64,000 nt of DNA from NCBI GenBank assembly GCA_900315305.1, contig OMYS01000002.1, positions 4,149-68,148 on the forward strand, read 5' to 3'. This document shows positions 1-9,497 of this stretch, piece after piece. A model generated the notes under the pieces. That model had not been told where the DNA came from. It worked only from the letters and a program-made list of their open reading frames with translations, and did not search any database. The stretch is from an uncultured Eubacteriales bacterium. Its GTDB lineage: Bacteria; Bacillota; Clostridia; Lachnospirales; Lachnospiraceae. Each line of letters opens with the position of its first letter. Within the stretch, counting starts at the first letter, position 1. The position numbers and the translations under genes were made by a program.

Positions 1-674
1 CGGCGGGCCTTGAGAGCGCCGGCGACGGTCATGACGCCCTTTACGATAAATGGTCTGCCCGCCTCCTCGATGATGTCGCTGAGCTCCTCCTCGGATTTCC
101 GTCCGGCCGGCGGCACACAGTTCTTGAGGAACGGAAGGCCGGCGGCGTCAATGTCCATCGCAACGGCAAATGAACCGCTCTTCTTCACCTCATGCATTCT
201 CTCGCCGAGCGTCGCGGCATCCCACGGCTTGACGGTCGGAACGCCCAGGCCGCCGCAGGCGCGGATCGCATCCGCAGCCGAGGCCATGATGGCCGGGTTT
301 ACGCCGTCGCCGGTGAAGGCGGCGATGCCGTTCTCCCTGCATGCGCGGACCAGGATATTGCTGTACTGCATGAAATCATATTTGTCACCGTAGTGTCGGC
401 GCACGTCGCCGATCGGCCCCGCGAAGACCGGAATGTCGAATTCCTTACCGAAGGCGCGGAAGGTCGTGTCGACTGTCTTATTTTCCGTGATGGTGTCCAT
501 ATTGATGCGGATCTTCTGCCAGGCGTCGTAGTTGCGGACCGCGACGTCGCCGGTTCCCTTCGCGCCGGGGCCCGGGATGTGGTTTCCGCAGGCTCTTCCG
601 TCGCAGACCGGACACGCGTGGCAGTACCGGCCGACACAGTTCTTGGCGTTCATCAGTAATTCATCGTATGTCAT
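1..674 (-). CDS. FMN-dependent alpha-hydroxy-acid dehydrogenase family protein (lactate oxidase/glycolate oxidase-like), runs off window start
   Basis: Manual translation from ATG at 674 (RBS GGAGG upstream) gives MTYDELLMNAKNCVGRYCHACPVCDGRACG...FAGPIG...MDIDAAG...FIVKGVMTV, open to position 1. Absent from the ORF track because its stop lies outside the window. Confidence 0.8.
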   Translation of the reverse strand, partial: MTYDELLMNAKNCVGRYCHACPVCDGRACGNHIPGPGAKGTGDVAVRNYDAWQKIRINMDTITENKTVDTTFRAFGKEFDIPVFAGPIGDVRRHYGDKYDFMQYSNILVRACRENGIAAFTGDGVNPAIMASAADAIRACGGLGVPTVKPWDAATLGERMHEVKKSGSFAVAMDIDAAGLPFLKNCVPPAGRKSEEELSDIIEEAGRPFIVKGVMTVAGALKAR

Positions 675-1006
675 AATCGTTCCCTCCATGTTTCATCAGT
701 TTTCCAAGGGGTGCTGTATAATTACAAAAACTGTATCACTCGCAGAGGGAAAGTGCAAAGGGATGAAGAAAAAAGTGAAGACAGCTTCGATTCCGGACGG
801 TATATGAACGAAAATATACGCCGGCTTGTGCCGGGGAAACTTTGATGGAATGGTTGAGAACCGGGTGCATTTTGCTGTATGATAGTTATATTAAGAACGT
901 GAAATTCGTCAATACGCACAGAAAATGCGCGGCTCGTACCGGGTGTCCGATGTTCTGGCAGTGGGCAGCGTATTGTGCGGCGTGACGGGACTGGAGGACA
1001 TGACAG

Positions 1007-2389
1007 ATGAAACTGAGCGGGAAGAGCAGAGCCGCGTTCGGATTCGGAGCGTTCGGCAAGGATGTCGTGTATATGCTGATATCGGGCTACATGCTGTACT
1101 ACTACAACGTGGTCCTCGGCATCAGCTCTGTATTTATCGGCGGAATGATGATGGCCGCGCGCATTTTTGATGCGCTGAATGATCCGTTCATGGGCATTAT
1201 CGTCGCGAAGACGAAGACACGCTGGGGCCGGTTCCGCCCGTGGATTTTTACGGGCACGGTCCTCAATGCGGTCGTCATTTACGCGCTGTTCTCGGCGCCT
1301 TCTTCCGCTTCGACAAATGCAATGAAGGTCTGGTGCAGCGTCTTCTATGTCCTCTGGGGCGTGACCTACACGATGATGGACATCCCGTTCTGGTCGATGA
1401 TTCCGGCGATCACGGAGCCGGGGAAGGACCGCGAGGGGCTGACGTCGCTTGCGCGCGCCTCCGCGGGTGTCGGTGACGCAGTCCCGACCGTCCTCACGAT
1501 GGTCGTCGTGCCCGTCCTCGGAGGCGGCGCATCGCTCATGAATTACCGCATCGGCTTTCGCTGGTGGGCGATTCTGATCGCGGCGGTGTTCGTCATTTCC
1601 GAGGTCGTGTTCTGCGCCTTTGTGCCGGAGCCGGCGCAGGAGGAGGACATGAAGAGCGAGGGCCTCGGAGAGATGTTCCGGGCCCTGTTCCACAACGACC
1701 AGGCGGTGACGATCGTCGTGTCCATCATTTTCGTCTACACGGCGCTCAATATCGTTGGCAACCTGATCCTGTATTTCTTCCAGTTCGATGTCGGAAATAC
1801 GGGCGCATACAGCGTGTTTACGGCCGTCTGCTTCCTTGCGCAGGTCCTTCTCATGGCAGCAGTTCCGCTGCTCCGCAGGAAGGCGGACAAGATCAGACTG
1901 TTCATGGCCGGCTTTATCCTGCAGCTCGCCGGCTTTCTCGTGATCCTTCTGATGTCCGCGGGCCGCGCGTACGACGGCGGCCGCTGGTGGATTCTCTGCG
2001 TCCCGGGCATCCTCGTCTACGGCGGCTACGGGATCCAGAACGTGCTCCTCACGGTCTTTCTCGCGGACTCCGTCGACTACGGGGAAATGATGCATGGCAC
2101 GAGAGAGGATTCCGTCATTTTCTCGATGCAGACCTTCACGGTGAAGCTTGCCTCGGGACTTGCCGTCTTCATCGCGGGCATTGTGATCCGCGTGATTAAC
2201 CTCGATCGGAACGCGGCCGTCCAGTCGGCGGGAACGCTCGGCGGTCTTCGCATGAGCATGACGGTTATGCCCGCCATCCTGCTTGTCGTCGGCATGATCA
2301 TTTTCCGGAAATGCTTCCGCCTGGATGCGGCGCGCATGGAGGAAATTTCGGCGGAGCTTAAGAAGCGTCACACCTCACAAGAAAAATGA
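1007..2389 (+). CDS. Glycoside-pentoside-hexuronide (MelB-like) sugar:cation symporter, MFS
   Basis: About 12 hydrophobic segments; family motifs ARIFDALNDPFMG, TRWGRFRPW, DIPFWSMIP, ADSVDYGE; RBS GGAGG. Confidence 0.9.
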   Translation: MKLSGKSRAAFGFGAFGKDVVYMLISGYMLYYYNVVLGISSVFIGGMMMAARIFDALNDPFMGIIVAKTKTRWGRFRPWIFTGTVLNAVVIYALFSAPSSASTNAMKVWCSVFYVLWGVTYTMMDIPFWSMIPAITEPGKDREGLTSLARASAGVGDAVPTVLTMVVVPVLGGGASLMNYRIGFRWWAILIAAVFVISEVVFCAFVPEPAQEEDMKSEGLGEMFRALFHNDQAVTIVVSIIFVYTALNIVGNLILYFFQFDVGNTGAYSVFTAVCFLAQVLLMAAVPLLRRKADKIRLFMAGFILQLAGFLVILLMSAGRAYDGGRWWILCVPGILVYGGYGIQNVLLTVFLADSVDYGEMMHGTREDSVIFSMQTFTVKLASGLAVFIAGIVIRVINLDRNAAVQSAGTLGGLRMSMTVMPAILLVVGMIIFRKCFRLDAARMEEISAELKKRHTSQEK

Positions 2390-2422
2390 AGCTCCGGAAA
2401 GAGATAAAGCTTTCCTTAACGC

Positions 2423-2466
2423 AGAAACCGGCGTGGGCGGCAGAGGCCGCCCGCGCCGGTTTCTTT
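2423..2466 (+). terminator. Intrinsic terminator after symporter
   Basis: 19-bp stem agaaaccggcgtgggcggc/gccgcccgcgccggtttct with T-rich tail. Confidence 0.75.
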
Positions 2467-2719
2467 GCGTCATGCGACAAAAAAGCCACAGAGATTTTGG
2501 ATGATTTTCCATATTGCATAAATCCAACCGCATTTCTTATACTACAATCACAACAAACAACCGCAACGAACAATCACAGGAATCATTTCAGAAACCAATC
2601 ACTTCATGTTCCGGCGCCATCTCGGGCGCCTGAGAAAACCTTCTATTATCAGATCCAACTTCATTTGCCGCAGTACGCCTCCGGGCGTTAAACATAGCTG
2701 CGGGGAAGGAGGTGCGCTG

Positions 2720-2887
2720 ATGGGTGAACTGTCCGAATTCTGGCTGGAGGAAGACGGAGTCGCAACGGTAGAGATCGTCCTGATCCTTCTCGTTCTGATC
2801 GCTCTCGTCCTGGTATTCAAGACCCAGATCTCAACTGTTCTCAGGAACATCCTCAGCAAGGTATCATCCCAGAGCAATAGTGTCTGA
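2720..2887 (+). CDS. Flp1-like type IVb pilin (55 aa)
   Basis: MGELSEFWLEEDG|VATVEIVLILLVLIALVLVF: G cleavage site, E at +5, hydrophobic helix; RBS AAGGAGG. Confidence 0.85.
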   Translation: MGELSEFWLEEDGVATVEIVLILLVLIALVLVFKTQISTVLRNILSKVSSQSNSV

Positions 2888-3052
2888 TTGCTCACTCCCC
2901 ACAACGTGAACCGAAGCGGCGTCTGTCCGGCGCAAAGAATAATCCTGATGGGTAAACCATGCCCGAAAATGGTGGCAGATCAGGTCAGGACGCTCAGAAG
3001 AGGACAGCGCATGGCAGGCGCTGCGGACGTTCACACACAGCAGGATTTATGT

Positions 3053-4537
3053 ATGAAAAAGAGAACTGGCACGGCGAAAGCCGGCATCACAATCTATATG
3101 ACGCTCACGCTCCTAGTCATGGTGTCCCTGATCACGGGCGCCATCAAGGCGGCAAAGGTCCAGGCGGGCCGCGCCGCAGCCGCGAACGGGGCCGATCAGG
3201 CGGTCTTTTCCGTGCTCGCCCACTACGACAGGCAGATGATGGAGAAATACGGCATTTTCTGCGTGAACGCGGGAGCCGCGGAGGCGCTCGGCCTTGGCGG
3301 CGTCACGGATATGCTGGATGATTCCATGAATTATCTGCTTGTGCCGAATAAAGGCAGGGCTGTATTTGGCGGAAAGAACCTCCTCTCTCTGGCAAATGAG
3401 GGGACGGCTCTCTCGGGCTATACGCTGCTCACAGACCAGCAGGGAAAGCCGTTCGAGGCGCAGGCCATTCAGTGCGTGAAGGACACGGCGGCCCTCTCTG
3501 TGATCGAGGCCCTGCAGAGGAAGGCCGCGGGGGCGAAGAGCACGGAGGCTGCCGGGGCAGGTGAGCTTGCGGAGGCGGAGAAGACAAGCTACGCGGATCT
3601 GAAGGCAAAGGCTGCGGAGGCGAAACCCGGGGAGGCGGCGGAGTCGGACACTCCCTCGGAGGTGCCGGATCCGCCGGCGGACTTTAAGGATCCGCTTCCC
3701 CTTTTTGAGACGATCAGGAGCAAGAGTCTGCTTGAATTTGTCGCACCGAATGGAATCTCGGATAAATCGGCGTCTGCGGACGATCTATCCGGGGCATCGC
3801 CGAGGGAGTCCGGAATCGGCGTGATCGATGTGAGCGGCTGCGCGTCGGGAGGAACCGATTATCTCCTGTATGTCGAATATCTCCGGGAACATTTCAGCTC
3901 ATACGGAGATCCGTCGGGACAGTCGGCCCTCGCCTATCAGCTCGAGTACATTCTCGGCGGGAAGGCGACCGATAAAAAGAATCTCGAGTCCGTTGTCCTG
4001 AGGCTCCTTCTTGTGAGGGAAGGCATCAATATCGCGTTCCTTTATGCGGATCCCGCAAAATGCAGGGAGCTGGATACAACCTCGCTCACGATCGCGGGCC
4101 TTATGGGAATCCCGGAGCTGTATCCGGCTGTCCGGCTGGTCCTGGCCGCAGGCTGGGCGTATGCGGAGAGCGTGATCGATGTGCGGGCGCTTCTCGAGGG
4201 AAAGCGGGTCGCGGCGGTGAAGACGCCGTCGAGCTGGCAGGTCGGTCTCGGCTCGCTCGAGACGCTCATTTCCAATCCGGGAGGACTGACAAAGGATATC
4301 CCCGGGGGACTCGGCTACGATGAATACCTCGGGATCTTTCTTCTGACAAAGAAAAATACAGAGCTGACCCCGCGGGCCCTGGCTATGATTCAGTCGGAGA
4401 TACGCGGGAGCGGAAACGGCTATGAACAGTTCCGCGTCGACTGCTGCCTCGATTCCCTGAGCGTCAGGTACAAGGTGCGGTCCGAGTCTCTGGTGACCTT
4501 TGAGGTGGAAAAAACGGCCGGCTACAGAGATCTGTAG
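3053..4537 (+). CDS. Tad-locus pseudopilin-like protein (DUF5702-like)
   Basis: N-terminal KAG|ITIYMTLTLLVMVSL pilin-like helix; YQLEYILGGK..D..NL motif; sits between Flp1 and TadE-like genes; start moved to MKKRT. Confidence 0.7.
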   Translation: MKKRTGTAKAGITIYMTLTLLVMVSLITGAIKAAKVQAGRAAAANGADQAVFSVLAHYDRQMMEKYGIFCVNAGAAEALGLGGVTDMLDDSMNYLLVPNKGRAVFGGKNLLSLANEGTALSGYTLLTDQQGKPFEAQAIQCVKDTAALSVIEALQRKAAGAKSTEAAGAGELAEAEKTSYADLKAKAAEAKPGEAAESDTPSEVPDPPADFKDPLPLFETIRSKSLLEFVAPNGISDKSASADDLSGASPRESGIGVIDVSGCASGGTDYLLYVEYLREHFSSYGDPSGQSALAYQLEYILGGKATDKKNLESVVLRLLLVREGINIAFLYADPAKCRELDTTSLTIAGLMGIPELYPAVRLVLAAGWAYAESVIDVRALLEGKRVAAVKTPSSWQVGLGSLETLISNPGGLTKDIPGGLGYDEYLGIFLLTKKNTELTPRALAMIQSEIRGSGNGYEQFRVDCCLDSLSVRYKVRSESLVTFEVEKTAGYRDL

Positions 4538-4568
4538 GGATCTCTGACCGGGGAAGGGAGGAAATGCT

Positions 4569-5297
4569 GTGAATGGCTGTGCCGCGGAGTATAAAAATCA
4601 GAAACCGTCTCAGGAAAACCGGCGAATCAGGGCCGCGGCGCAGGCATCTCTCACGCTGGAGGCCGCGCTCGTGCTGCCGCTGTACCTGATGGCCTGCGTG
4701 GTTCTCATTTCCGTGATGAACGCGGTGAGAATTCAGGGAGAGCGGAATCTCGAGCTGTCCAATAAGGCCCGGAAAATGGCGGCCGCAGCTTCCCTTGCAG
4801 GGGAGCGGGCGGACGGGTTCTGGATTGATATCAGCTCGAATTATTATTACCGGTATCCGTTTTCTGTTCCGGGAGCGGAGGGTGTCCGGATTGCGACAAG
4901 GGCGAGGGTGTATCCGTGGGTTGGAGCGGATGCGGACGCATTTTCAGAGGGGACGGGCGGCGCGGGCGCTTCTATGGTCTATGTGACTGAAAATGAAAGC
5001 GTATACCACACGCACGCGGACTGTTCGCACCTCGATCTCACGATTATAAAGACAACGACGGATGAGGTCGGAAGCCTACGGAATGCGGACGGCGGAAAAT
5101 ACAAGCCATGCAGCGGTTTCCCGAAGGGCTATGAGGGACCCGTCTATGTCTCGGAGAGCGGAGACTATTATTATCCGACGGAAAATTACGGGAGCCTCAC
5201 GCGCCATGTCAGCATTGTGAGCGCGGATGAATGCGGGAATCTCCCGCTCTGCACAAGATGCGCCCAGATGGACGCGAGGGAAGGGAAAACACGATGA
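4569..5297 (+). CDS. TadE-like pilus assembly protein with Cys/His-rich C-terminus
   Basis: AS|LTLEAALVLP motif; VYHTHADCSHL...CTRC; GTG start after GGGAGG. Confidence 0.75.
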   Translation: MNGCAAEYKNQKPSQENRRIRAAAQASLTLEAALVLPLYLMACVVLISVMNAVRIQGERNLELSNKARKMAAAASLAGERADGFWIDISSNYYYRYPFSVPGAEGVRIATRARVYPWVGADADAFSEGTGGAGASMVYVTENESVYHTHADCSHLDLTIIKTTTDEVGSLRNADGGKYKPCSGFPKGYEGPVYVSESGDYYYPTENYGSLTRHVSIVSADECGNLPLCTRCAQMDAREGKTR

Positions 5298-5713
5298 CAA
5301 GAGCGGTTATTGCGGGAATTTATCTCGGCATCTGTGCGCTGACAGATATCAGGACGAGGCGTATATCGGTTTTACTTTCTATAGTTGCAGCGCTCGTTGG
5401 GGCCAGTCTTGCCATATACAGTCGCCGCGCGCCGCAGGAGGTGCTGCTCGGCGTGCTCCCCGGCCTTCTGATGATGGCCCTGTCATGGCTCACGCGGGGC
5501 GCGGTCGGAATCGGGGACGGAATCGTCATAACGGTTGCGGGCCTGTTCCTTGAGCCGGGGCAGCTGCTCGGGGCCTGGCTTGCCGGAAGCTTTTTTGCGG
5601 CAGTCGCGGCGGGCATTCTTTTTATCCGCACAAGGAAAGGAAAGAATGAGATCCCATATGTGCTGTTTCTGCTCGCGGGGTATCTTGCGGCGATGCTGGC
5701 CGGGGGAGGATAA
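5294..5713 (+). CDS. A24 family prepilin peptidase
   Basis: TDIRTRRI and GIGDG aspartate motifs, IPYVLFL; ATGA overlap with the upstream stop. Confidence 0.85.
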   Translation: MTRAVIAGIYLGICALTDIRTRRISVLLSIVAALVGASLAIYSRRAPQEVLLGVLPGLLMMALSWLTRGAVGIGDGIVITVAGLFLEPGQLLGAWLAGSFFAAVAAGILFIRTRKGKNEIPYVLFLLAGYLAAMLAGGG

Positions 5714-5725
5714 GGGAGGACAGAT

Positions 5726-6139
5726 ATGTCAGTGAGAGAAAGAAAAAGAGAAAAAGAGAGGCGCAGGCGCCTTATGGCGCGGGCCTCATTTACCATCGAG
5801 ACGGCCCTTCTCATGCCGGTCCTGATCTTTGCGATCATCATGTCTGTTTATCTCACTGTTCACGTGATGAACAGGACGGTGCTCGCGTCCTCGTGTGTGG
5901 AACAGGCTGTCAGCGGGCGCAGTCAGGAGGTGAATGTCCTGTTCGCGTCGGGGGCAGTCTCATGGAAGCGGGCGGATGATGAGAATGCCCGGACCGTGAG
6001 CGCGCAGGCGGCGACGCTCCACTACAGCGGGAGTGAGCTGTGGCAGTCGGAATCCACGGCGACCTATCAGAAAATCCGGCCGGTCACGGCCATACGCATC
6101 GCAAGAAAGGCATGGACGCTGAAACATGAACTACGCTGA
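5726..6139 (+). CDS. TadE-like pilus assembly protein
   Basis: AS|FTIETALLMP motif followed by a TM helix; RBS GGGAGG. Confidence 0.75.
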   Translation: MSVRERKREKERRRRLMARASFTIETALLMPVLIFAIIMSVYLTVHVMNRTVLASSCVEQAVSGRSQEVNVLFASGAVSWKRADDENARTVSAQAATLHYSGSELWQSESTATYQKIRPVTAIRIARKAWTLKHELR

Positions 6140-8111
6140 GTACAGACGTGATCTCAATCACTGCTACATGATTCTGAAAACAGACGAAGAGGGAGAGGCG
6201 GCTCCGGAATGGCAGACGGGTATTCTGGAGGCGAACCGGATTCCGGGACTGCTGCCGATGGCAGAGGAGCACATCGACAATGAGACCTGCTACAGATATG
6301 ACGTCACATCGGTACAGCCGTTTGATATCTTCTGCAGAATGAAGCGGATCGGAAAAGACGACCTGAAGAAGATGCTCGTGAGCCTCGTGACGTCGCTCGG
6401 TGCGCTCGATGATTACCTGCTCGATGCGGACCATCTGCTTCTGGACCCGGAGTATCTGTACATCGACGGTGTCGCAGAGGAGCTCCGGATTCCGTATGTG
6501 CCCTGCAGAAGTCGGGATATCCGCGAGTCGCTCCGTGAGCTGATGGAATACCTGCTTCTCCGCGTCGATCACGAGGACCAGGAGTGCGTCGTATTTGCGA
6601 GCAGAATCCTGCACGAGCTGAAGGAAGTGAACACAGAGCTCTCCGACCTGCCGGGACTCCTCACAAATGACGGCCTGCATCATCGCCCATCGGGCCCGGA
6701 GCATGCGGATCCGGAGGAGCTGCTTGCGGATGCGGCACGCACCGAGGCTGCCGGTTCGTCCCGGAGCCTATATGACGGCTTGGGTACGGATGGCGGGAAT
6801 TTCACAGGAGAAAAGAGTGAACGAAGGCGGGACAGGAAACGTGGTCCTGTCAGGAAAATGAGAGGTGCCCATGGAACAGGAAGCGGTATGGGAGCTCGAG
6901 CAGGAGCTGCTGACGAGCGTCATGGCGGAAATCGAGGAACAGATCCGGCTGGAGCTGTCCGGCAGGATACTGTCCGAGCTGTGCTCGCGGAAGAAAAAAG
7001 AAAGCTGATCCCGGAGGCAAAGACCGTTCAAATCGCGCTTGCGGGGGCCGCCGTGGCAGCCGCGGTATATCTCTTCCTTCATGCCGGCATTCTGATCTAC
7101 GCAAGCCCTGCGGAGGCGGCCCTGGCAGCCGCGGCTGCTGCTGCAGCTGTTCTTGCGGCGGGCTTTGCCCTTATTCGGAGACGCCGGAAGAAGGAAGCGG
7201 CAGGCGCGGCGTACGTCGCGGACCTTCGCGGGCAGCGGAGCGGAAGGACCGTCCAGGAAGTGCCCGAAATGAGCTCGCCTGCAGCACAGCGGAGCCGCCA
7301 GATGCAGAGAAACGAGGAGAACCTCCATGAAAAGCCGTCTGCGGCGTATCGGGAATACCAGCCCGGAGCCGGAGGACAGAATTCGGAAGCTTTACCGCCT
7401 GCGGCGCATCGGGGACATCAGACCGAAGCCGGAGGACAGAATTCGGAAGCTTTACCGCCTGCGGCGCATCGGGGACATCAGACCGAAGCCGGAGGACAGA
7501 ATCCGGAAGCTTCACCACCTGCGGAGTATTGGGGCCGTCAGGGAGCGGATCGTGCAGAGACAGCTTCAGATATGAATCTGTGGGAGAAGCCCCATATGAA
7601 CATGCAGGAAAGTCCGTCACAGGCTCGTTATGCAGCGCCAGGGGCAGAATACGGAGGAGATGAGAGCGAAGAATTCCGCCCGGATTCTGTCCTGCAGAGT
7701 GCGGGAGCCGGAAATGGTCAGATATACGGAGATGACTCGGACGAGACCGTGCTTCTCGGAGCCGGCGGCATAGCGGATGCTTCGCCGCGCGGCATGAGCG
7801 CCGAGCTTGTCCCGGCGCACAGCGGAACGGACCTTCCGGTCATCCGCCTCGAGGGAAGGGAAGTCCTGGTCGGCAAGCACGCGCGGGCTGTTGATGTGGT
7901 TCTGCCATCTGGAACGGTCAGCAGAATCCACGCGAGACTCTTTATGAGTGGCGGCGAGTACTACCTGTCCGATCTCGGTTCAAAAAACGGGACGAGTGTC
8001 GACGGGCACATGGCCGTGGGCAATGAGGAAATCCGGCTGACGGACGGCGCTGGCGTAAAATTCGCGGATCTGGAATATGTGTTCAGAAGAAGCGGCGGGA
8101 GCAGGAGGTGA
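6126..8111 (+). CDS. DUF6382-like N-terminal domain + TM segments + C-terminal FHA domain protein
   Basis: N-terminal YRRDLNHCYMIL...NRIPGLLP...YDVTS; two TM helices; FHA motifs VGK..., VSRIHARL, DLGSKNGTSV. Confidence 0.8.
   Translation: MNYAEYRRDLNHCYMILKTDEEGEAAPEWQTGILEANRIPGLLPMAEEHIDNETCYRYDVTSVQPFDIFCRMKRIGKDDLKKMLVSLVTSLGALDDYLLDADHLLLDPEYLYIDGVAEELRIPYVPCRSRDIRESLRELMEYLLLRVDHEDQECVVFASRILHELKEVNTELSDLPGLLTNDGLHHRPSGPEHADPEELLADAARTEAAGSSRSLYDGLGTDGGNFTGEKSERRRDRKRGPVRKMRGAHGTGSGMGARAGAADERHGGNRGTDPAGAVRQDTVRAVLAEEKRKLIPEAKTVQIALAGAAVAAAVYLFLHAGILIYASPAEAALAAAAAAAAVLAAGFALIRRRRKKEAAGAAYVADLRGQRSGRTVQEVPEMSSPAAQRSRQMQRNEENLHEKPSAAYREYQPGAGGQNSEALPPAAHRGHQTEAGGQNSEALPPAAHRGHQTEAGGQNPEASPPAEYWGRQGADRAETASDMNLWEKPHMNMQESPSQARYAAPGAEYGGDESEEFRPDSVLQSAGAGNGQIYGDDSDETVLLGAGGIADASPRGMSAELVPAHSGTDLPVIRLEGREVLVGKHARAVDVVLPSGTVSRIHARLFMSGGEYYLSDLGSKNGTSVDGHMAVGNEEIRLTDGAGVKFADLEYVFRRSGGSRR
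7335..7535 (+). repeat. In-frame 60-bp tandem repeat (about 3.3 copies; 20-aa unit AGGQNSEALPPAAHRGHQTE)
   Basis: Lines 7381-7440 and 7441-7500 are identical; degenerate copies flank them. Confidence 0.95.
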
Positions 8112-8156
8112 ACGACTCGGTCATTGAATGGCTGAGAATTCCCGCTCGGTCATCCC

Positions 8157-8188
8157 AAAAGACGCCCGGTCTTGCCTGACCGGGCGTC
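8157..8188 (-). terminator. Intrinsic terminator between convergent FHA and HIT genes
   Basis: Perfect 11-bp stem gacgcccggtc/gaccgggcgtc; AAAA on its left gives a U-tail on the minus strand. Confidence 0.7.
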
Positions 8189-8259
8189 GAATTGCTGACT
8201 TGAAGGTGATCATAGGGTTTGCGAGCGGGGCAGCCGTACGCTGAAGAGATGCCTTCGAA

Positions 8260-8676
8260 TCAGTCAGCGGCAGCATTGAACTTTGCAACGATGTCCGCCT
8301 TGTCCGCGTCTGTCAGCTCACCCTGCTTCCAGTTCGCAACGATCGGCTCTGTACCGGCGTAGCGCGGAATCAGGTGAATATGGAAATGAAATACGGTCTG
8401 GCCGGCAGCCTCTCCGTTGTTCTGGACAATGTTGAAGCCGTCGCAGTTCATCGCCTTTGTGAGGCGGGTCGCCATCTTCTTGGCAAGAACAAATGCTCTC
8501 GCGCAGACGTCCTCCGGAATTTCATAGATATTCGCGTAATGCTTCTTCGGAAGAATCAGCGCGTGCCCCTTGGAAGCCGGGCCTGCGTCCAGAATGACGG
8601 TGAATTCGTCATCCTCATAGAGCTTGGTTGTCGGAATGTCTCCGTTTGCGAGTTTGCAGAAAATGCAGTCTGACAT
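8260..8676 (-). CDS. HIT family nucleotide hydrolase
   Basis: MSDCIFCK start, GHALILPKKH, HFHIH triad; RBS GGGAGG. Confidence 0.92.
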   Translation of the reverse strand: MSDCIFCKLANGDIPTTKLYEDDEFTVILDAGPASKGHALILPKKHYANIYEIPEDVCARAFVLAKKMATRLTKAMNCDGFNIVQNNGEAAGQTVFHFHIHLIPRYAGTEPIVANWKQGELTDADKADIVAKFNAAAD

Positions 8677-8722
8677 AAGATTACCTCCCTTATGATGTTC
8701 TGTGGCGGCGGAAAATACCGCC

Positions 8723-9340
8723 TTAGATGATGCTTCTGTATCTGTCATGTGGCTGATTCCCACGCGGCTTCCTGTAGAGAAGGACAGCGGCGATAAATCC
8801 GGAAATCAGGCCGGCGATGTGCGCGGTGGCCGCGATATTTGAGCCGACGAAGCTGAAATACACGGAGAAGGCGAGCATAACCAGCATCTGCCGTATACTG
8901 AGGCCGGCCGCCTGGCCCTTGTTGCGGATGACGATGTAAATGACAGCCCCCATGACGGCGAAGATCGCGCCGGACGCTCCGACGGATACGACGTTGGCGT
9001 CTGCAGCTGCGTAATACCGCCAGGCGGCGATGTTGGCGGCAAGCCCGCACAGGACGTACAGGACCGCGTATTTTACATGGCCGAGCAGGTACTCGAGACT
9101 GGTGCCGAGGACAAACAGCATGACCATGTTGTTCAGGAGATGCTGCATGCCGGAATGCATAAACATCGCCGTAAACAGTCTCCAGTACTGACCGGATGAG
9201 ATATACGGGACATAGGCGCCTCCGGCCCTGATCAGGACACCGGTGTCAAGCGTGCTCCCGAAAAAGATTTCATCGAAGAAAAATACAGCCACATTGATGG
9301 CGATCAGCGCGTATGTGACGAAGGCGTTCCTGTTTCTCAA
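8723..9340 (-). CDS. Rhomboid family intramembrane serine protease
   Basis: WRLFTAMFMH, HLLNNM, GASG catalytic Ser, AHIAG. TTG start at 9340 follows GGGAGG; the longer ORF to 9409 runs into a repeat element. Confidence 0.88.
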   Translation of the reverse strand: MRNRNAFVTYALIAINVAVFFFDEIFFGSTLDTGVLIRAGGAYVPYISSGQYWRLFTAMFMHSGMQHLLNNMVMLFVLGTSLEYLLGHVKYAVLYVLCGLAANIAAWRYYAAADANVVSVGASGAIFAVMGAVIYIVIRNKGQAAGLSIRQMLVMLAFSVYFSFVGSNIAATAHIAGLISGFIAAVLLYRKPRGNQPHDRYRSII

Positions 9341-9378
9341 GCTTTCCTCCCTGTGACGCCCGGAAAAGCATCCGTTTT

Positions 9379-9402
9379 CTCGGTTTTCCGAGGGGTGCTG
9401 AA
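9379..9402. repeat. REP/MITE-like element, right-half copy (A)
   Basis: ctcggttttccgaggggtgctgaa matches 47008-47031 at 23/24 nt. Confidence 0.7.
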
Positions 9403-9420
9403 TCATCATAAACTCCGTTT

Positions 9421-9444
9421 ATTATAGCACAGATGTGCTATAAT
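9421..9444. promoter_or_regulatory. Back-to-back extended -10 elements (TGnTATAAT on both strands)
   Basis: Perfect inverted repeat attatagcaca-ga-tgtgctataat between divergent rhomboid and aminotransferase genes. Confidence 0.65.
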
Positions 9445-9497
9445 GTGGCACAGCAGCCGGCAAACTGCCGGAAGACCTACAAGGAACGGAGAACGAT

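Noticed and set aside
722-2371. Long antisense and alternate-frame ORFs throughout the window (e.g. 722-2371, 17756-18778, 20623-22083, 54308-55423, 59385-60641)
   Set aside because: They shadow well-supported genes, lack family motifs and are expected from strong GC3 codon bias.
2951-2995. c-di-GMP-I riboswitch upstream of the tad genes
   Set aside because: Only the GGYAAAC...GAAA half matches, so it is not called as a feature; kept only as a low-interest structured spacer.
9341-9409. Extended N-terminus of the rhomboid ORF (MMIQHPSEN...)
   Set aside because: It is encoded partly by the repeat element; a TTG with a GGGAGG RBS at 9340 is a better start.
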